Assembly (NCBI RefSeq): GCF_009734345.1
Contig: NZ_CP032551.1
Span: 390,001-422,000 of the forward strand
Source: Pseudidiomarina andamanensis
Lineage (GTDB): Bacteria > Pseudomonadota > Gammaproteobacteria > Enterobacterales > Alteromonadaceae
Direction: 5' to 3'
Length of the DNA stretch: 32,000 nucleotides
The notes under the pieces were generated by a model. It was given only the letters and a program-made list of their open reading frames with translations, was not told where the DNA came from and ran no database searches. Below are positions 27,189 to 32,000 of this stretch, in pieces (position 1 is the first letter of the stretch; the number at the start of each line of letters is the position of its first letter). A program made the position numbers and the translations under genes.

Positions 27189-28097
27189 TTGTCTCAGGTA
27201 AATGTCACATTTACGCAAACCAACTTACACGATGCACTGCGTTGGGCTGTCACTGCAATGCAGAGTGCCGATGTTTATTTTGGTCACGGCACTGATAACG
27301 CCTATAGCGAAGCGCAACTTTTGTTGGGGCATGTTACTCAGCTGAGTTTTGAGCAACTCGCCATGTTTGAGCGGGCGCACCTGCAAGAACACGAGCTTGA
27401 TGAGTTTGTGGCATTTGTAACTGCGCGTATTGAAGAGCGCAAGCCGGCAGCTTATTTGATTGGCCAAGCATGGTTTGCTGGGTTGCCATTTGTGGTTGAT
27501 GAACGTGTTTTAGTGCCACGCTCGCCGATTGCTGAACTGATTGAAAAGCGCTTCACACCTTGGTTAACGCAAGAGCCGAAACGTATTCTTGATTTATGTA
27601 CGGGAAGTGGTTGTATTGCGATTGCCTGTGCCTATGCCTTTGACGAGGCCGAAGTTGATGCGTTGGATTTATCGTTAGATGCACTTGCTGTTGCCGAAGA
27701 AAACATCGCGATGCACGGTTTAGATGAGCGCGTTATTCCGATTCAGTCGAACTTGTATGATGGTGTGCCGAAGCAACGTTATGATCTGATTGTCACGAAT
27801 CCACCGTATGTCGATGCCGAGGATATGGCTGATTTGCCTGACGAATTTAGGCATGAACCAGAACTTGGTTTAGCAGCAGGAGACGATGGCTTAGATTTGG
27901 TTCGAACCATTTTGCGTGAAGCGCCGGAACATTTAACCGAGCAGGGTGTTTTGGTGTGTGAAGTCGGCAACTCATGGGTTGCATTAGCTGAAGAATTCCC
28001 TGAAGTTCCATTTGACTGGGTTGAGTTCGAACATGGAGGTGATGGCGTATTTGTATTGACGTATGCCGACCTCGTAGAGCATCGCGAAAAGTTTTAG
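27189..28097 (+). CDS. prmB: 50S ribosomal protein L3 glutamine N5-methyltransferase
   Basis: 302 aa with a TTG start and GGAG 8 nt upstream. Motifs are …[11 protein letters not shown]…, DLCTGSGCI and NPPY. It shows the conserved smrB/prmB/aroC synteny. Confidence 0.9.
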   Translation: MSQVNVTFTQTNLHDALRWAVTAMQSADVYFGHGTDNAYSEAQLLLGHVTQLSFEQLAMFERAHLQEHELDEFVAFVTARIEERKPAAYLIGQAWFAGLPFVVDERVLVPRSPIAELIEKRFTPWLTQEPKRILDLCTGSGCIAIACAYAFDEAEVDALDLSLDALAVAEENIAMHGLDERVIPIQSNLYDGVPKQRYDLIVTNPPYVDAEDMADLPDEFRHEPELGLAAGDDGLDLVRTILREAPEHLTEQGVLVCEVGNSWVALAEEFPEVPFDWVEFEHGGDGVFVLTYADLVEHREKF

Positions 28098-28138
28098 CGC
28101 GACACCGCAAACGTAACAAAAACTACTGAGACAGAGTC

Positions 28139-29239
28139 ATGGCAGCAAATACTTGGGGTGAATTATTTCGGGTCACAACTTTTGGCGAAAGTCACGGTGC
28201 CGCAATTGGGGCTGTCGTTGACGGCTGCCCGCCAGGCCTAGAGCTTTCTGAAGCGGATATTCAGCCGTTGCTTGACCGTCGGAAACCGGGGCAAAACCGT
28301 TTCACAACAGCCCGGCGAGAGGCGGATAGCGTGAAGATTCTCTCAGGCGTATTCGAAGGGAAAACTACCGGAACACCGATTGGGCTGCTTATTGAAAATA
28401 CCGATCAGCGTAGTAAAGACTACGGTGATATTAAAGAGAAATTCAGACCCGGCCATGCGGATTATACCTATGCGCACAAATATGGTGTACGCGATTATCG
28501 CGGCGGTGGTCGCTCATCGGCACGCGAAACAGCGATGCGGGTTGCCGCTGGCGCTATCGCACAAAAATACTTAGCTGAAAAGTTCGGCATTAAGTTTCAC
28601 GCTGGCGTGGTGCAAATTGGTCCGCATTGCACAGACCCTGCGCAGCCTGACTTTGCTTGGCAACATGTCGCGGATGATCCTTTATTTTGCCCAGACCGTC
28701 GTATGTCAGAGGCGGCGCAAGAATATCTTAAGCAGCTGCTAAAAGATGGTGACTCGGTCGGCGCACGTGTGCGTGTTGAAGTAACTGGCGTACCTGTTGG
28801 TTTAGGCGAGCCGGTGTTTGATCGTCTGGATGCTGATTTGGCGAAAGCACTAATGAGCATTAATGCGGTGAAAGCCGTCAGTATCGGTGACGGCTTTGCT
28901 GTTGCAGGTCAGCGCGGCAGTGAACACCGCGACGCGCTAACACCGAAAGGCTTTGCTAGTAATCACTCGGGTGGCGTACTTGGCGGTATTAGCAGTGGTC
29001 AGCCAATTATTGCTGAAGTTGCCTTTAAACCAACCTCAAGCATCACCATTGCCGGAGAGACGATTGATATTCACGGCGAAGCAAGCTCAATTGTGACGCG
29101 TGGTCGCCATGATCCTTGTGTCGGCATTCGTGGTGTTCCGGTGGTAGAGGCGATGGCGGCGTTGGTGATTATGGATCATTGGTTACGGCAACGCGCGCAA
29201 AACGGCGATGTTCACGTCACCGTTCCAACTATTGAATAA
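28139..29239 (+). CDS. aroC: Chorismate synthase
   Basis: 366 aa with …FGESHG.A…, …[11 protein letters not shown]… and …RHDPCV…. Confidence 0.98.
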   Translation: MAANTWGELFRVTTFGESHGAAIGAVVDGCPPGLELSEADIQPLLDRRKPGQNRFTTARREADSVKILSGVFEGKTTGTPIGLLIENTDQRSKDYGDIKEKFRPGHADYTYAHKYGVRDYRGGGRSSARETAMRVAAGAIAQKYLAEKFGIKFHAGVVQIGPHCTDPAQPDFAWQHVADDPLFCPDRRMSEAAQEYLKQLLKDGDSVGARVRVEVTGVPVGLGEPVFDRLDADLAKALMSINAVKAVSIGDGFAVAGQRGSEHRDALTPKGFASNHSGGVLGGISSGQPIIAEVAFKPTSSITIAGETIDIHGEASSIVTRGRHDPCVGIRGVPVVEAMAALVIMDHWLRQRAQNGDVHVTVPTIE

Positions 29240-29272
29240 TTTTGTTGTTCTATCTAGGTGCTGTTGAGAAGT

Positions 29273-29809
29273 ATGACAGAACATCATTATCAGCAACTGA
29301 TTGCGCTGTTTGACCAGTGTTTTTATGACGAATTTAACACTCGGTTAGTCGCCGGAACTGATGAGCCGTATTATCAACCTGCAGAGCAGGCCGGTGAGCA
29401 TCATCAGGTAGTGTTTGCGCATGGTTTTTTCGCTTCGGCATTACATGAAATTGCTCATTGGTGTATTGCCGGTGAGCAGCGTCGGCAGCTGTTTGATTAT
29501 GGCTATTGGTATGAACCGGATGGTCGCGATGCCAAACAGCAAGCTGAATTTGAACAAGTAGAACGTAAGCCACAAGCATTAGAGTGGTTGTTTTCGCTGT
29601 GTGCTGGAGTGCCATTTCAAGTGAGCGTGGATAACTTAGGTGGTATTGAAGTTGATAGACTAGCGTTTACAAAAGCTGTTCAAGAACAATTATCTCGCTA
29701 TATAATTGAAGGTATTCCGCGTCGCGCGGAGAAATTTGCCCGAGCTTTGGCTGATTTTTATCAGCAGCCTTGGCCCGCAACAACAATAACTAATTGGAAC
29801 ATAACATGA
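29273..29809 (+). CDS. epmC: Elongation factor P hydroxylase (YfcM)
   Basis: The ORF track starts at a GTG (29258). The ATG at 29273 gives MTEHHYQQLIALFDQCFYDEFNTRLV…, collinear with E. coli EpmC (MNSTHHYEQLIEIFNSCFADEFNTRLI…, from memory). The HEIAHW motif is present. Confidence 0.85.
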   Translation: MTEHHYQQLIALFDQCFYDEFNTRLVAGTDEPYYQPAEQAGEHHQVVFAHGFFASALHEIAHWCIAGEQRRQLFDYGYWYEPDGRDAKQQAEFEQVERKPQALEWLFSLCAGVPFQVSVDNLGGIEVDRLAFTKAVQEQLSRYIIEGIPRRAEKFARALADFYQQPWPATTITNWNIT

Positions 29810-29940
29810 AGAATCGCCATTTCATTATGCTTTTAGTCGCGTTAGGTTTGAGTAGCTGTGCCACTATTGAAGGCATCGGTAAAGATCTTGAGAGTGCCGG
29901 CGAAGCTATTCAAGAAGGTACTCGCGATAAAGGTGAATAA
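29806..29940 (+). CDS. Entericidin (EcnA/EcnB)-family small lipoprotein, 44 aa
   Basis: ATG at 29806 (an ATGA overlap with the epmC stop) to TAA at 29938-29940. The product is MKNRHFIMLLVALGLSSCATIEGIGKDLESAGEAIQEGTRDKGE. It has the lipobox L-S-S-C and a G.G.D….G..I pattern typical of entericidins. It is not in the ORF track. Confidence 0.65.
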   Translation: MKNRHFIMLLVALGLSSCATIEGIGKDLESAGEAIQEGTRDKGE

Positions 29941-31075
29941 GTCTCCGTTGTTTCGTATTGGTCTCATTGTCAATTCATATGCAGGCTTGGGCGGCTCCGT
30001 TGCTTTAAAAGGAAGTGACGGCGCCGACACTGCAAAGCGCGCTCTTGAATTAGGTGCAACACCCAAAGCACAGTTACGTGTAGGCCAGGCACTAAAGGTT
30101 ATTCAAGCTTATTCGGATCAAATCCAGTTTGTGACCGGTGCTGGTGGCCTCGGTGAAGATATCGTGCGTGATCTTGGTTATGTTTGTGACGTCATATATA
30201 CCCCTCAACAGTCGCTCACATCGGCGGACGATACGCGTGAGCTAGCGAAGTTATTAGCCGAGCGAGATGATATCGATTTACTGTTATTTGCTGGCGGCGA
30301 TGGTACTGCGCGAGATGTATGTGCCGTCTATCCAGCACAACGCCCTGTGCTTGGTATTCCTGCAGGCGTGAAAATTCATTCAGGTGTTTACGCGATATCA
30401 CCAACTGCTGCGGGTAAGGTACTTGAGCAGCTTATACTGGGCCAGCTGACCAGTGTGACCAATGCTGATGTGATGGATATTGATGAAGATGCATTTCGTC
30501 AGGGCACTGTGCGAGCGCGTCGCTATGGTGAGATGTTGGTGCCAGCTGAGCTGCGTTACGTTCAGGCAGTAAAGATGGGCGGTAAAGAAAGTGATGAGCT
30601 TGTACTTGCCGACATTGCTGCCGATGTTATTGAAAGTATGGACGATGATACGCTTTATGTGATGGGCTCAGGTTCAACGGTCGCGTTTATCATGGAAGAA
30701 TTGAGCCTACCCAATACTCTATTGGGTGTTGATGTGGTACTTGCTGGCCAGGTAATTGCTAGTGATGCGACGGCGACACAGCTCGAAAAACTCATTGATG
30801 AGCATCAGGGCCCAGTGCAGATGATTATTACGGTAATCGGTGGGCAAGGGCATATTTTCGGGCGTGGTAATCAACAACTTAGCCCAGCGGTGATTCGCCG
30901 CGTCGGCAAAGATCATATTCAAATTGTGGCAACCAAGGCAAAACTACAAGCGCTAGGGCAACGCCCGCTGCTGGTTGATACCGGTGAACCTGAGTTAGAT
31001 GCCGAGTTGTCGGGGCTTATGCGCGTGACAACCGGCTATCATGATGAAGTATTTGTGCGGGTAGAAAGCGCTTAA
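29933..31075 (+). CDS. ATP-NAD kinase family protein (diacylglycerol/NAD kinase fold)
   Basis: The ORF is open from 29858. The N-terminal about 25 codons overlap the lipoprotein ORF in another frame, so I place the start at GTG 29933 (VNKSPLFRIGLIVNSYAGLGG…). The start is uncertain. A GGDGT motif is present (FAGGDGTARDV). Confidence 0.7.
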   Translation: MNKSPLFRIGLIVNSYAGLGGSVALKGSDGADTAKRALELGATPKAQLRVGQALKVIQAYSDQIQFVTGAGGLGEDIVRDLGYVCDVIYTPQQSLTSADDTRELAKLLAERDDIDLLLFAGGDGTARDVCAVYPAQRPVLGIPAGVKIHSGVYAISPTAAGKVLEQLILGQLTSVTNADVMDIDEDAFRQGTVRARRYGEMLVPAELRYVQAVKMGGKESDELVLADIAADVIESMDDDTLYVMGSGSTVAFIMEELSLPNTLLGVDVVLAGQVIASDATATQLEKLIDEHQGPVQMIITVIGGQGHIFGRGNQQLSPAVIRRVGKDHIQIVATKAKLQALGQRPLLVDTGEPELDAELSGLMRVTTGYHDEVFVRVESA

Positions 31076-31392
31076 AACTGCGATTTCGGTAAACGTACAA
31101 CAATCCCATCTAATTCTTCGGTCATATCGATTTGGCAACTTAAACGACTGTTTTCTTGCGGGTCGACCACCATATCGAGCATGTCTTCTTCCATTTCACT
31201 CGCTGCTGGAATTTTGTTTACCCACGCCGGATCAACATAACAGTGGCAGGTTGCACATGACATGACGCCACCACACTCACCAAGAATACCATCAATCATA
31301 TGATCAACAGCACCTTCCATCAGGTTTTGACCAACTTCGACTTCAGCTTCAAATTCGCCACCTTGGGCATCAATGTATATGACTCGAGGCAT
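31072..31392 (-). CDS. 2Fe-2S ferredoxin (adrenodoxin/putidaredoxin type)
   Basis: 106 aa with the cysteine pattern C-x5-C-x2-C (CGGVMSCATCHC) plus a distal Cys (LSCQI). Confidence 0.9.
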   Translation of the reverse strand: MPRVIYIDAQGGEFEAEVEVGQNLMEGAVDHMIDGILGECGGVMSCATCHCYVDPAWVNKIPAASEMEEDMLDMVVDPQENSRLSCQIDMTEELDGIVVRLPKSQF

Positions 31393-31527
31393 AACTAAAA
31401 ACTCCTTGAATAATGGTTGCCGAGTGCATTAAAGGCAATCAGGTTACCACAGATTAGTGCGGCAAAAGCGATGAAATTATTGTAGAATACCGCAATTTTT
31501 TAATCAGCAGAGCAAGAGTGGGGGCTT

Positions 31528-32000
31528 ATGCAGGCTTTATTGGAGCGGTTGTTTCAAATCAAAGCGCAGGGAAGTACGGTAAAACGTGAAATTGTTGCAG
31601 GTATCACCACGTTTTTAACCATGGCGTATATTATTTTCGTAAATCCATCGATGCTGAGCGAAGCGGGCATGGATTATGGCGCAGTGTTTGTCGCCACCTG
31701 TTTAGCTGCCGCCATTGGCTGTTTGGTGATGGGCCTGTGGGCGAATTACCCAGTGGCTTTAGCACCTGGCATGGGTCTGAATGCGTTCTTCACCTATAGT
31801 GTTGTTCTTGGTATGGGCTATACGTGGCAAACAGCGCTCGGCGCCGTGTTTTTCTCGGGTATTTTATTCTTCTTACTCTCAGCTTTGCGCGTGCGTTCAT
31901 GGATCATTAATGCGATACCGGTAACACTGCGCTTAGCGATAGCTGCAGGTATCGGTGCTTTCTTAGCGTTAATTGGCTTAAAGAACGCCAATATCATTGT
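31528..32000 (+). CDS. NCS2 family purine (adenine/guanine/hypoxanthine) permease, 5' part; continues beyond the window
   Basis: The ATG at 31528 is preceded by GGGGG. The translation MQALLERLFQIKAQGSTVKREIVAGITTFLTMAYIIFVNPSMLSEAGMD… matches the conserved AzgA/PurP-type N-terminus. The frame is open to the window edge. Confidence 0.85.
   Translation, partial: MQALLERLFQIKAQGSTVKREIVAGITTFLTMAYIIFVNPSMLSEAGMDYGAVFVATCLAAAIGCLVMGLWANYPVALAPGMGLNAFFTYSVVLGMGYTWQTALGAVFFSGILFFLLSALRVRSWIINAIPVTLRLAIAAGIGAFLALIGLKNANII

Overview
The window looks like ordinary core chromosome of a gammaproteobacterium. The exact taxon cannot be fixed without a search. Gene order matches several conserved enterobacterial and Alteromonadales-type blocks. 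About 40 protein genes are dense and mostly housekeeping. From left to right they are: the 3' end of a glycosyltransferase-like gene, a class-I aminotransferase, MATE efflux and uvrB (translationally coupled), two small membrane proteins, gltX, beta-carbonic anhydrase, a SAM methyltransferase, tesA/ybbA/ybbP, an alpha/beta hydrolase with yciI and yciB, a yfcH-like SDR, a complete tightly coupled trpE-G-D-C(F)-B-A operon with a WWW leader peptide and attenuator, smpB, ratA-rnfH, sixA, smrB, prmB-aroC-epmC, an entericidin-like lipoprotein ORF absent from the ORF track, an ATP-NAD-kinase-family protein, a 2Fe-2S ferredoxin, and the 5' end of an NCS2 purine permease. Eight tRNA genes lie in four clusters (Asn x2, Val x2, Ala, Glu x3), three of them with strong consensus-like promoters. 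I see no integrase, transposase, CRISPR array, toxin/defence-like gene cluster or other accessory island, so I cannot support a new multi-gene system here. Two structures are not explained by the gene list. The first is a four-copy family of long imperfect palindromic intergenic elements built from CGTTATT/AATAACG heptads plus A4-5C(C/G) tracts. All four sit at gene or tRNA-operon 3' ends, and three of them supply the final Arg codon and TAA stop of a gene. The second is a tight cluster of consensus DnaA boxes in a 0.6-kb non-coding gap upstream of the aminotransferase-MATE-uvrB region, which resembles a DARS/datA-type site. All functional calls come from reading motifs in the translated ORFs and from remembered family signatures. 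No searches were run.
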